From: Flaccisagitta enflata
Taxonomy: Eukaryota
DNA: 64,000 nucleotides
Assembly: GCA_965153355.1 (NCBI GenBank)
Contig: OZ231126.1
Coordinates: 41,354,001 to 41,418,000, forward strand
Direction of reading: 5' to 3'
Positions 1 to 13,392 of this stretch are shown here, piece after piece. Below the pieces are notes generated by a model, which saw nothing but the letters and a program-made list of their open reading frames with translations, searched no databases and had not been told where the DNA came from. Within the stretch, counting starts at the first letter, position 1; every line of letters begins with the position of its first letter. The position numbers and the translations under genes were made by a program.

Positions 1-29
1 TTGTGTTCTCAGATGGCGCTGGAATGGAG
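1..29 (+). CDS. AA15-type LPMO + CBM14 gene, partial internal exon (CVLRWRWNG-G)
   Basis: Reads CVLRWRWNG, then G|GTAGT donor (phase 1). Joins in frame to the exon at 584, giving the CVLxWxxxxGNxWG motif typical of AA15 LPMO C-terminal halves. Confidence 0.75.
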
Positions 30-583
30 GTAGTTTAATCATTGGTTCAATCATTCATTTTAATCTTTCATTCAATTCATTCCTTCATTCATCCGTTCAT
101 TCATTCATTCATTCATGCATTCATTCATCCGTCCATTCAATAATCCATTTATCAATTTAGTCGTCCATTCATTTGTTCATTCATTCGTTCATTCATTCAT
201 TCATTCATTCATTCATTCATTCGTTCATTCATTCATTCATTCATTCATTCATTCATTCATTCATTCACTTGTTCTTTTTTTTCATTCATTTATTGATTCT
301 ATCAATAATTTGTTAACCTATTACTTCATTAATTCTTTTATTCCTTCAGTCATGTAGTCATTCATTCATTCATTCATTCATTCATTCATTCATTCATTCA
401 TTCATTCATTCATTCTTTCAAACATTCCTTCGTTAATTTGTTGTGATCATTCACTCATTCATTCATTCAGTCATTCAATTGTTTATTCATTCATTCATTC
501 ATTCATTCATTCATTCATTCATTCATTCATTCATTCATTCATTCATTCATTCATTCATTCATTCATTGATTTTCATCTCCCAG

Positions 584-769
584 GCAATGATTGGGGTTGT
601 GACGCCGGTGGTTGCGGAATGGGACATGGAGACTCCCAAGAAAAGTTCTACGCGTGTGCCGACGTCGCCATCACACCCTCAGGCAGCAACGTGGGACCCA
701 CTATGCCACCCACCACTTCCACTACTACCACCACCGCTGCCACTGCCACAACCAAAGCTACGGGCACAG
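584..769 (+). CDS. AA15-type LPMO exon: end of catalytic domain and start of Thr-rich linker
   Basis: CCCAG| acceptor and G|GTAGG donor, phase 1/1. Translates (G)NDWGCDAGGCGMGHGDSQEKFYACADVAITPSG...TTTTT, matching the AA15 GNxWG-C..G.CG.G.QE.F..CADV.I pattern. Confidence 0.85.
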
Positions 770-1180
770 GTAGGAAGTCAGTGACTTTACCTTGGCAGTT
801 TCTTTATTGACGTATTATACACGTTTGTGGGTTGTACTAAGCATGAATAAAAACTCGTGCCGCTGGGAAAGACTAGAAAGGGGTCTCACCCTACATATTC
901 CATGAAGTTAAGAAATTTTTTTGTTTTGTTCTTTTCTTATTTCTTTCTATTAAGTTAAAAATGTAAAGGGTTTTAGATGAATTCCCCTGAAGGATAACTA
1001 CTTCCTTCATCTATGTTACATCACCTGTTGATGCTTGAAATAATTATTTTATTCATATTCAATAACAGAGAATGTTTTGATGGAAATTCAGACCAGAGAA
1101 AGGCGGTGAAATCAGTAGTTCCGAATGAAGGTTTACAAAAACTTGAAGTCTTGTACATGACTCTTTCATTCTTGAATCAG

Positions 1181-1254
1181 GATCGACAACCACGGCTGCC
1201 CCTTCGACGACAACAACAACAACAACCACCGTTCCACTTCCGCCTCAAATGGAA
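1181..1254 (+). CDS. LPMO gene, Thr/Pro-rich linker exon
   Basis: AATCAG| acceptor and GAA|GTATGT donor, phase 1 to 0; encodes (G)STTTAAPSTTTTTTTTVPLPPQME and bridges the flanking exons in frame. Confidence 0.75.
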
Positions 1255-1525
1255 GTATGTGAAAAAAAAATATCAAGATAGATGTATTTTGAAAATTACC
1301 ATCTAGGCCATGAATTTACGGACAGCTGAAAAGAAACATTAACGTCTGGAGAGTCTTGCCTCTAAGCTACTGAACACAGATTGGTCACGTTTGAAACAGT
1401 TAAAACAATTTTTTAAAAAAAATTTCCGATTTTGTTAGATGAAGCTTTATTTGTTTAGAAGTGAAACTTAAGCAAAATAGCTGCTTCTTTTCAGTTATCC
1501 GTATGGTAGAGTTAAAAGAAAGGAA

Positions 1526-1619
<94 letters not shown>

Positions 1620-1845
1620 AAAAAAGAAAAAAAGAGAGAAAGAAACAAAGAAATAAAGAAACAAAGAAACAAAAAAAAAAGAAACAAAGAAAAAAAGAGA
1701 GCGAGAAAGAAAGAATTGAAAAGGAATAAAAGAAGTAAAAAGAGAAAAAGAAAGGAGGAGCTTCTAAACTAAAACGCTTACCCCATGGAGCTCTTTTCAG
1801 AACTTAACCATGTCGAGAACAAATCTATTTCCCAATCTCTCTCAG

Positions 1846-2058
1846 GTTTGCGATGGCGCTGTTCATGGCGAAATCCGTCCCGATCCCAATAACTGCTGCG
1901 CTTTCATGTACTGCATGTGGCCCGGTACTCAATTCCAGGCTATCATCACCAAGAAATGCCCGACATCTCTGGCTTATAACGTCGAGACCAAACAATGTAC
2001 TTGGGCCGAAGCCGTCCAATGCGGCGACAGATCCGCGCTCTGTAGACTTAGAAAGTGA
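1846..2058 (+). CDS. LPMO gene terminal exon: chitin-binding type-2 (CBM14/peritrophin-A) domain
   Basis: CTCAG| acceptor, phase 0. VCDGAVHGEIRPDPNNCCAFMYC...KKCPTSLAYNVETKQCTWAEAVQC shows CBM14 Cys/aromatic spacing. Stop at 2058; AATAAA at 2361. Confidence 0.85.
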   Translation, partial: VCDGAVHGEIRPDPNNCCAFMYCMWPGTQFQAIITKKCPTSLAYNVETKQCTWAEAVQCGDRSALCRLRK

Positions 2059-2527
2059 GACGAAGGAAGGGAAACTTGTTTTCCCCTGAATCCAACCACT
2101 GCATAGCCTGTGGCTTATCCACGTTTCCGATGCGCCAAAGAACCTGCATCAGTCATTTCGACCGTTCATCCACGCGCCCGTCCATCCTTCCGTCCGCCCT
2201 TCCGTCCCTTCGTCAATCAGTGACGCTTTTGCCGAATTAGATAATGAGTATACCATTTAACTATGTTTTGTTATTTTTGACCAAATGCTTGATACCAAAT
2301 TCTTGATACCAAATATTCGCCCCACATGTGTTGTAAAAAACTGTCAACATTTTGTTTACTAATAAAACTATTTGTTATGTGAGTTTGTCTCTTGTTTGAG
2401 GAGAAAGAAAGACAAAAAAAAAATAGAAAAGAAGAAAGCAAGCATGCAAGCAAGCAAGCGTGCAAGCAAGAAGGAAAAAAGGTAGAAAGAAAGAAAGAAA
2501 GAAAAAAAGATAGAAAGAAAGAAAGAT

Positions 2528-2589
<62 letters not shown>

Positions 2590-2598
2590 GAAGAAAGT

Positions 2599-2666
<68 letters not shown>

Positions 2667-2668
2667 AA

Positions 2669-2740
<72 letters not shown>

Positions 2741-2747
2741 AGAAAAC

Positions 2748-2839
<92 letters not shown>

Positions 2840-3007
2840 GCGCGCAGGCGAGAAAGAAGAAGGCGAAAAGATCTATTTGCCAGGAGAAAATTTGGCAAAT
2901 GGTATTTGCTTGCCAACTGGGCTATTTGATTCCCTTTAATCTATGTCAAAATGATAGTGTTTGGTCCCTCCGCGCCTTCCGCCGCCTCCGCCGCCGCCGT
3001 CGCCGCT

Positions 3008-3047
<40 letters not shown>

Positions 3048-3048
<1 letters not shown>

Positions 3049-6004
3049 ACACTGGGCTGAAATCACCACCCAGCAGCACTAACCGGCCAAAACCACCAAT
3101 CACCACCCAGACACCCTATTCCACTATCACACTGGGCTGAAATCACCACCCAGCAGCACTAACCGGCCAAAACCACCAATCACCACCCAGACACCCTATT
3201 CCACTATCACACTGGGCTGAAATCACCACCCAGCAGCACTAACCGGCCAAAACCACCAATCACCACCCAGACACCCTATTCCACTATCACACTGGGCTGA
3301 AATCACCACCCAGCAGCACTAACCGGCCAAAACCACCAATCACCACCCAGACACCCTATTCCACTATCACACTGGGCTGAAATCACCACCCAGCAGCACT
3401 AACCGGCCAAAACCACCAATCACCACCCAGACACCCTATTCCACTATCACACTGGGCTGAAATCACCACCCAGCAGCACTAACCGGCCAAAACCACCAAT
3501 CACCACCCAGACACCCTATTCCACTATCACACTGGGCTGAAATCACCACCCAGCAGCACTAACCGGCCAAAACCACCAATCACCACCCAGACACCCTATT
3601 CCACTATCACACTGGGCTGAAATCACCACCCAGCAGCACTAACCGGCCAAAACCACCAATCACCACCCAGACACCCTATTCCACTATCACACTGGGCTGA
3701 AATCACCACCCAGCAGCACTAACCGGCCAAAACCACCAATCACCACCCAGACACCCTATTCCACTATCACACTGGGCTGAAATCACCACCCAGCAGCACT
3801 AACCGGCCAAAACCACCAATCACCACCCAGACACCCTATTCCACTATCACACTGGGCTGAAATCACCACCCAGCAGCACTAACCGGCCAAAACCACCAAT
3901 CACCACCCAGACACCCTATTCCATCACACTGGGCTGAAATCACCACCCAGCAGCACTAACCGGCCAAAACCACCAATCACCACCCAGACACCCTATTCCA
4001 CTATCACACTGGGCTGAAATCACCACCCAGCAGCACTAACCGGCCAAAACCACCAATCACCACCCAGACACCCTATTCCACTATCACACTGGGCTGAAAT
4101 CACCACCCAGCAGCACTAACCGCCCAAAACCACCAATCACCACCCAGACACCCTCTTCACTATCACACTGGGCTGAAATCACCACCCAGCAGCACTAACC
4201 GGCCAAAACCACCAATCACCACCCAGACACCCTATTCCACTATCACACTGGGCTGAAATCACCACCCAGCAGCACTAACCGGCCAAAACCACCAATCACC
4301 ACCCAGACACCCTATTCCACTATCACACTGGGCTGAAATCACCACCCAGCAGCACTAACCGGCCAAAACCACCAATCACCACCCAGACACCCTATTCCAC
4401 TATCACACTGGGCTGAAATCACCGACCAGCAGCACTAACCGGCCAAAACCACCAATCACCACCCAGACACCCTATTCCACTATCACACTGGGCTGAAATC
4501 ACCGACCAGCAGCACTAACCGGCCAAAACCACCAATCACCACCCAGACACCCTATTCCACTATCACACTGGGCTGAAATCACCACCCAGCAGCACTAACC
4601 GGCCAAAACCACCAATCACCACCCAGACACCCTATTCCACTATCACACTGGGCTGAAATCACCACCCAGCAGCACTAACCGGCCAAAACCACCAATCACC
4701 ACCCAGACACCCTATTCCACTATCACACTGGGCTGAAATCACCACCCAGCAGCACTAACCGGCCAAAACCACCAATCACCACCCAGACACCCTATTCCAC
4801 TATCACACTGGGCTGAAATCACCACCCAGCAGCACCTACCCGTCCAAAACCACCAATCACCACCCAGACACCCTATTCCACTATCACACTGGGCTGAAAT
4901 CACCACCCAGCAGCACTAACCGGCCAAAACCACCAATCACCACCCAGACACCCTATTCCACTATCACACTGGGCTGAAATCACCACCCAGCAGCACTAAC
5001 CGGCCAAAACCACCAATCACCACCCAGACACCCTATTCCACTATCACACTGGGCTGAAATCACCACCCAGCAGCACTAACCGGCCAAAACCACCAATCAC
5101 CACCCAGACACCCTATTCCACTATCACACTGGGCTGAAATCACCACCCAGCAGCACTAACCGGCCAAAACCACCAATCACCACCCAGACACCCTATTCCA
5201 CTATCACACTGGGCTGAAATCACCGACCAGCAGCACTAACCGGCCAAAACCACCAATCACCACCCAGACACCCTATTCCACTATCACACTGGGCTGAAAT
5301 CACCACCCAGCAGCACTAACCGCCAAAACCACCAATCACCACCCAGACACCCTATTCCACTATCACACTGGGCTGAAATCACCACCCAGCAGCACTAACC
5401 GGCCAAAACCACCAATCACCACCCAGACACCCTATTCCACTATCACACTGGGCTGAAATCACCGACCAGCAGCACTAACCGGCCAAAACCACCAATCACC
5501 ACCCAGACACCCTATTCCACTATCACACTGGGCTGAAATCACCACCCAGCAGCACTAACCGGCCAAAACCACCAATCACCACCCAGACACCCTATTCCAC
5601 TATCACACTGGGCTGAAATCACCACCCAGCAGCACTAACCGGCCAAAACCACCAATCACCACCCAGACACCCTATTCCACTATCACACTGGGCTGAAATC
5701 ACCACCCAGCAGCACTAACCGGCCAAAACCACCAATCACCACCCAGACACCCTCCACGGAAGAGCACACTGGGCTGAAATCACCACCCAGCAGCACTAAC
5801 CGGCCAAAACCACCAATCACCACCCAGACACCCTATTCCACTATCACACTGGGCTGAAATCACCACCCAGCAGCACTAACCGGCCAAAACCACCAATCAC
5901 CACCCAGACACCCTATTCCACTATCACACTGGGCTGAAATCACCACCCAGCAGCACTAACCGGCCAAAACCACCAATCACCACCCAGACACCCTATTCCA
6001 TCAC
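3048..6004. repeat. 80-bp tandem array, ~37 near-identical copies
   Basis: Unit CACACTGGGCTGAAATCACCACCCAGCAGCACTAACCGGCCAAAACCACCAATCACCACCCAGACACCCTATTCCACTAT recurs every 80 bp, preceded by (GCC)n. Confidence 0.97.
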
Positions 6005-7615
6005 CAAGTCACAGTCTGCTAGCTTTTTGCCTCCATCCCACCCACCACCAAATCTCGGTTTTTTTTTTATATCATATTGTTTGCAATTGAATCAATGTAA
6101 CATAGGCTTGAATTCTGCTGCTCTGTTCACATGTTAGCCCTTTCCAAAACTGCTTATTTTTGGAATAGGTTACATACCAATGTAGAAAATAGATTGAAAA
6201 TTTTTTTCGTAGAATGGTAAAAGATCAATTCTTAACCATGAAAACGGTGTTGCTGATGATATTAACAATATGCAAATATTGTTATTGCAAAATAACCACC
6301 ATCATTACTTATGGCTTTTCATAGGAAATATCTTGAAACACTCGTTGCTTAGTAAAAGTTTAAATGTTGTTATTCTCCAAGTCATAATTTTATTTATTTG
6401 ATTTTTTTTTCTAAATAAAACGGTAAAGTTTTACACGGTAGTATAAGTTAAAAGAAATGATATGCTGATTTTGAACTATTTCTATCGATCATGTCTGGCA
6501 AGTATTTTGATTATCCAAAGGTGGGATTTTATGAAAACAATAAATATCATAGTGATATCACTGATCTCAGATGCCACTATTCTCAACTAAGCAACAGCAG
6601 AAACTCTAACAGGCATGCCCATGCTTAATCACTTTTGTTTGAATTGTTGGTCAGATACATATCTCAACAAGGTCAATAACGTTGCATGCGTCAAAAGTCA
6701 ACACTTTCAGAAGACAGACAGATAGACAGACAGAAAAACTGAAAATTTGTAAACTGGGCATATTTGTCTTAGGTGCGTCTTAATAGTTTTGGTTTGTGAA
6801 GTATTAATACATCAGCACATTGGTGGATGTTTGGGGGCATGTGCGCATATGTTGACGAAAAAAACGATATTTTGAATGAATGAAGTTGACAACGGGCGTG
6901 TTTCCAGTGACAACAACAAATACAATCAATCCAGTTGCCCTAGTCCTACCCCGAGCTCAAGCAAACCTAACCACCAGCGGAATATGATAATGAATGAAAT
7001 GACGAGGAATATTAATGATGAACAATATGAATTTTCATGGTTTTTGGGAAGCGGCTCCGAAGGGGTCGATGACCTATGCTTTCAAACATATGGGGAATTT
7101 TCTCCTCCTCCTTCTTCTCCTTCTTCTTCTCCCCCCCCCCCTTAAATCTCAGTCTCAAGGCTCAAATTCCAGTCTCGAGGCCCAAATCCCAGTCTTGAGG
7201 CCCAAATCCCAGCCTTGAGGCCTAATTCCTAGCCTCAAGGCCCAAATCCTAGCCAGGAGGCCCAGATCCCAGCCTAGAGGCCCAAATCTCTGCCTCAAGG
7301 CTCAAACCCCAGTCAAAAGGCCCAGATCACAAATTCTCCATATGTGTGAAAGCATAGGTCATTGACCCCTTCGGGGCCGCTGCCCTGCTCTCCCTCTAAC
7401 TTCATTCACAACCTACTTAGGCAGGGCACGGGTACCACTGACCATCTACCGCTTTGGCGGACTATTGAATTTTTTTCTGCAATTTTTTACTCATGCGTGA
7501 CCGACCGACAGGCAGACCGATCAACAGACAGACACACAGATGGACAGAGCCTCTTACAAAGGTGCTTTGGTGCACCTAAAAAACGCATTTCCGCAAATAG
7601 CTGATGATGAAAAAA

Positions 7616-7846
7616 AAACAAGTGACGCGGGGTCACAATACCGTTGCGGACGGATTGGCAGGTGCATCCATCCCCCATCCACACCCTCGCCTTCCCCACA
7701 CACAATCACGTACACAGATAATCACAATAGTAGCTACAGAAATGCGCGTTTTCGCATTGTCAACTCGATCACCATGACGGACGGCCCAACGGACCAATGG
7801 AGGGACAGTCAAAGCCTCTTATAGAGTTGCATGTCCGCAACTAAAA
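7616..7846 (-). mobile_element. HINE/DINE-1-like short element (AACAAGTGACGCGGGGTCACAAT subfamily)
   Basis: Close homolog at 47191-47433; GACS-type microsatellite and AGTTGC...GCAACT inverted repeat next to an A/T run. Confidence 0.6.
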
Positions 7847-7926
7847 AAAAAAAATTCCTCTCTGAAACTCTTTAATAAGAGGGTTGGTCTCTCCATTGAT
7901 CTGGCGATCCGTTTGTTTGTATGTTG

Positions 7927-8000
<74 letters not shown>

Positions 8001-8320
8001 CAAGGAAGGGATAAGTAGACGAATAGACAGATTGTGGGCCTGTTTCTACTCGTGACAATCGCGTTTATAACGAGCCACTCGGTCGCTTGCTACGTTCACT
8101 CGTTTATGCTGCTCACTTCTCTCATTCGCTCCGCTGCTCTCCGCTTTGCTACGCTTGCTTTGCTTGCTCGCTCCATTTACGGGCTTGATCATTCCGCTCA
8201 CTCCCACGCGGGACGGCTGAAATTCTTAAATATTTGTTCACACTGAAAACGCATTTATTTTTTATTGTCTTTTCGTTTGTTTTTTTTGGGGGGGGGAGAT
8301 TATGAGAGGTTAATGGAATT

Positions 8321-8700
8321 AACAAGGCCAACACCTATAAGTCGCGTGCGAGACTTACAGACAAAGAATGACTTAGAATGACTTAGAATGACTTTCAATG
8401 ACTTAGAATGACCTAAAATGACCAAAATTGACTTAAAATGACTAAAAAACCTCATGACCAAAAACGACTTAAAATAACTTAAAATGACTTAAAATGACTT
8501 GAAATGACTTAGAATAACTCAAAATGACTTAGAATAACTTTAAATGACTTAAAATGACTTAAAATGACCCAAGAGTTGACATTATAGTACAAAAAAGTAA
8601 AGTGTGACGGACGGACCGACAGACCGACGGACGGACGGACCGATGGACCGACGGACGGACCGACAAAGCGGGTTGTAGAGTCGCGTGCACGCGACTAAAA
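8321..8700 (-). mobile_element. HINE-like element with internal ~10-bp tandem repeats (GACTTAAAAT)
   Basis: AGTCGCGTGC subterminal repeat at both ends, GACG/GACC microsatellite, internal minisatellite. Confidence 0.6.
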
Positions 8701-9094
8701 AGATGATGCAGTCTAGTTTTCTTGCTAACAAGCCCAACGGGCCAAAACCATAACGTGATAAGTGGGCAAAACGCGGGCGTGGTCCCGTTTTTTAGATGCG
8801 TCTTTGCATCTCTATAATAGGCTGTGTCCGTTGGTTGGTCGGTAAAGCATTCATTACAAACATCAAAATCAAGCATTTTTTCAGCAAAAAAATGTTTCTA
8901 ATCCAGTAAAAGGAGCATACCTCAAGTAATCTATTTATTAGCTCATTTATTCATTCATTCATAAAAAAACGTTCATTCAAAGATTCAAGGAGCATGATCA
9001 GGTGCTAAGGACCAGGCATTTTTCTCTTTCATGTTATAGTATCCCGTGATGGTGCCTTTTGTCTTTACATGTGATCGCGTTTAAAGTCATTTAA

Positions 9095-9231
<137 letters not shown>

Positions 9232-9705
9232 TGCGTGAGCGCATGTATTTCAGTCAATGCCTCTGTATATGTTTGGGTGCTCACACAATCATGCAGGAAT
9301 CATAATTTTTTTTTCCTTCCACTTACTTTTTAGTCGCTGCCTAAGCGACTCTATAAGAGGGTGTGTCCCTAGGTATGTTGGTTGGTAACGCGAAAATTTT
9401 GATGCCGCGAAATCGACTGAAAAACGGATTTCTGACCATCGCAGCTCCTGCCTGGCGTCAATATAGCCCCCGCCCACTCATATACTGCCCCTGCCCACTC
9501 GCATTACTGCCCTGTCCACCAGCAGCGACTACCGATTGCCCGTGTATCCGGCCTTGTTTTCTTTACCTCTTCCCTTTCTTTCTTTCATTCTTTCATTTGT
9601 TTCTTTGCCGCTCATCTTTTCTTCCTTTCCTGCTTCCCTTCTTTCCTCCTTTCCTTCTTTCGTTTTTTCCTTCCTTCCCTTTTTCCTTCCTTCCTTCCTT
9701 CCTTC

Positions 9706-9746
<41 letters not shown>

Positions 9747-9871
9747 TTTCTTCCTTTCTCTTTTTCTTTTTTCCTTTTTTTTCTATGAAAAAAACCTTTT
9801 TATTTTTTTCCCATGGGAAATTGTTAGGAGTCTTAAGGAGTAATTATTCGACTAAACTCGACTAAAAAAAA

Positions 9872-10080
9872 TAAGGCCGGATACACGGCTACCCTAGTCG
9901 CGTGCGGGTGGGCAGGAGCAGTGCTGAAGAAGGTCACTAGGGCATCTGGGCGGGAGCCGTATGCTGAAAAAGCTCAAAAACGCCGAAAAAGTACAAAGGG
10001 GACCGACTGACGGACTGACCAACCAACCAACCGACGGACCGACATAGCGGGTTGTAGAGTCGCGTAGCACGCGACTAAAA
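9872..10080 (-). mobile_element. HINE/DINE-1-like short element (representative copy)
   Basis: AGTCGCGT...ACGCGACT hairpin at one end, GTCG/GTTG microsatellite, second subterminal repeat copy, GCCGTGTATCCGGC stem-loop at the other end, T-run flanks. Related copies at about 9326-9560, 10533-10701, 12140-12298, 12750-12897, 39353-39518, 39806-39965, 42260-42410, 45044-45363, 47469-47755 and 52812-52955. Confidence 0.7.
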
Positions 10081-10919
10081 AGCCGCACCCTATTTTGAGA
10101 TGATGAATAAAAAAAAAGAAACATAAGAACATTTTTCTGTCGAAGTGATTTTAAAGATTTTCAAATTTTCTTTCATTCTAGACCAATCCTAGATCTGTAT
10201 CTCAAATGGTTTAGGAGCTAGCGCTTGTCAAAGTTATCTTCGAATTTGTAAAAATGCTCATTTTTAGTCGCGTGCTACGCGACTCTACACTAGAGCCTTG
10301 CGACGGAGCATTTCCGCCACAATTTCGACGCGATTTCGATGCGCCTCCTAATCGCCACGCGACTTCTGTTTCCGGTTGGCACTAAAACCGCGGTTTTCCG
10401 GTTACCATTTCCGGTTTTTTGGGGCACTTATCACTTGTTGCTTCTCATTCCTTTAAATCCGTTATCATTGCAGTTGTTGATCCTATTTTGTACTGAATGG
10501 CACAATTGCAAATTATGCCACATCACGCTTTAGTTTTTAGTCGCGTGCAGGTGACTCTACAATCCGTCCGTCGGTTGGTTGGTCGGTCGGTCACATTTTA
10601 CCTTTTTTTGTGATTTTATTTTTTTGACCTCACTCCTTCTGCCCAAATGGTCTATTGACCTCAAATATGGGCCCTGCCCACCGTGTATCCGGCCTTGTTT
10701 TGATCATTGCTTCTTGAACACTGCGCCCAAATTGGGATTGATTATAAGTCACTTTCCCTGTTTTTGGCAATTTTGTCTATAGATTTTTCCGTTGTCAAGG
10801 GGATTGATTTTTTTTTCTTTTTTTTTTTTTGAAATACGTACAACGTGATTTGGTTGGCACTATCACATGCCAGCGTTTATTTTACGCAAAATCATCATGA
10901 GGGAGCTAGATAGGAAGAA

Positions 10920-11008
<89 letters not shown>

Positions 11009-11149
11009 GAGAGGGGAAAGGTAGACGAGGTTTTTCATTGATTGACAAAGACGCGATTAACACAGTCAGTATATGAATCCCCATATCGACCATCAGATGA
11101 CCGAGGACACTTGGCGGTATGGCGGTATGGAAAATGTATTGTTGAAGTC

Positions 11150-11218
<69 letters not shown>

Positions 11219-11307
11219 CGGACCATGAGAGAGAGACCAATGAACTAACCGACCCTAGTATTTTGCGTGAAGAAACAGTCAGAGAGAGAGAGAGAGAGAG
11301 TGAGAGT

Positions 11308-11486
<179 letters not shown>

Positions 11487-13160
11487 ACACACACAAACAG
11501 ACACTGAATGGCAGATTGGCAAGTGGGTTGTTAGAGGCAAGCAGATAACCGATTGATGGCGGTTTCTAAGATGCACCAGTGGCTGTCGCCAAACATGTGA
11601 ATTGCAGGTACAATTTAACATGTTCAGTGGAAATAGTTAGTGATAAACAAAAACAGTGAAAGTGAAGTCAAATTACATGTTTAAAAAAAGATTACCAATA
11701 GTGAAAGACAACAAAAAAATTATGGGTCACAAGAAGTGAAATACGGTAGAAAAATAAAGGAGGTAAAAAGTGAAAGACGGCAAAAAAATTATGGGTCTCA
11801 AGAAGTGAAAGACGGCATAAAAAAAGATTACCAATAGTGAAAAATAACAAAAAAATTATGAGTCACAAGAAGTGAAAGAGAGTAGAAAAATAAAGATTGT
11901 AAAAAGTGAGAGACGGCAAAAAAATTATGGGTCATAAGAAGTGAAAGACGGCATAAAAAATGTAGATTATAAAAAGTGAAGGACGTCAAAAAAAAATTCT
12001 GGAAACTAAAAAAAAAAGGAAAAAGGAAGGAAGGAAGAAAAAATACACCAGGCAGAGTATAAGTGAATTGCTTAACGCAATTCACAAAAATCGTCCATCG
12101 ATTAGTAAGACAAAATTGTCATCCGATTGTATTTTTCGATTAACTCGCGAGGGTCTACTCTACACCCCGCTTCGTCCATCCGTCGGTCCGTGGGTCGGTC
12201 TTTGGCCTCACTGCTCCTACCCCAAATGATCAAGTGACCTCAAATATGGCCCCTGCCCACCCGCACGCAACTGGGGTAGCCGTGTATCCGGCCTTGTTCA
12301 ATGGGATTGCAAACTGATAATTACAATGTTTCTACTCATTCTTATGCCTTTTCTAAACGAATAAAGCTAGAATTGCCAGATTGGAGCCAAATGAAAGATC
12401 TTTTTAAGGGCTTTCTAATGGTTTAGGATTTTGATTAGTTAATTTGAAAGTCAATATGACAATTTGCCTTTTAAAAGTGCGGCTTTTTTATTGAGTCGAG
12501 TAGGATGTACCTTCTCGCTTTCATTCCTTTGATCAAACAATTCATCCATTCATTCATTCATTCATTCATTCATTCATTCATTCATTCATTCATTCATTCA
12601 TTCATTCGTTCATTCTTTCATTCATTCAGTTATCCATTCATTCATTCATTTGTTCATAGACTCGATTGCTTATTGATTAATTCATCCATTCATTCATTCA
12701 TTCGTTTTTCACAAGACGCATGCATGTAGCTCGAACGCGGCCTCGTATATTTTTAGTCGCGGACACGCGACTCTAAGCCACTTTTCGGTCCGTCGGTCGG
12801 TCCGTCGGTCGGTCCGACGGTCCGTCAGTCCGTCGGTCACAAAGTCACTTTTCGAGATTTTCTGCTCCTGCCCACCCGTCCGCGACTAATGCTGCTTTTT
12901 TTTTATACTGTGTTCCTTTCCTGAGGGCGTATTTCTACAGACAAAAGTCATGTTCATTCTTGTGAAAAGCGTTTACAGCAAAAACATTTATTTACGACCC
13001 ACGAGGAAGTGAGTGAAGTGAATGAAGCAAGCAAGCATAGCAAACATAGCGAATATAGCGAGTGAGTGGAGTGAGCGGTGCAAGTCAATGGACATAGGGA
13101 GAGACCGTGTGGCCTGTTTATAACATGATTGTCACATGAAGAAAAGGGCGCTCAGTTTGT

Positions 13161-13245
<85 letters not shown>

Positions 13246-13392
13246 TACATAGGCAAGTAGTTTTCCATAATAACTTTATCCCAAAGCCTTTTTGCTTGCC
13301 TTTTTGTTTACAAAACGCGAAAATTATAACATTTCATTAGGGTGATAGCGTTAATTAGCGTTAGCCTTCGAAGAGCAGATAGAGTTGCATAA

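Noticed and set aside
3048-6004. CRISPR-like array
   Set aside because: Units are contiguous and identical with no unique spacers; no cas genes; eukaryotic context.
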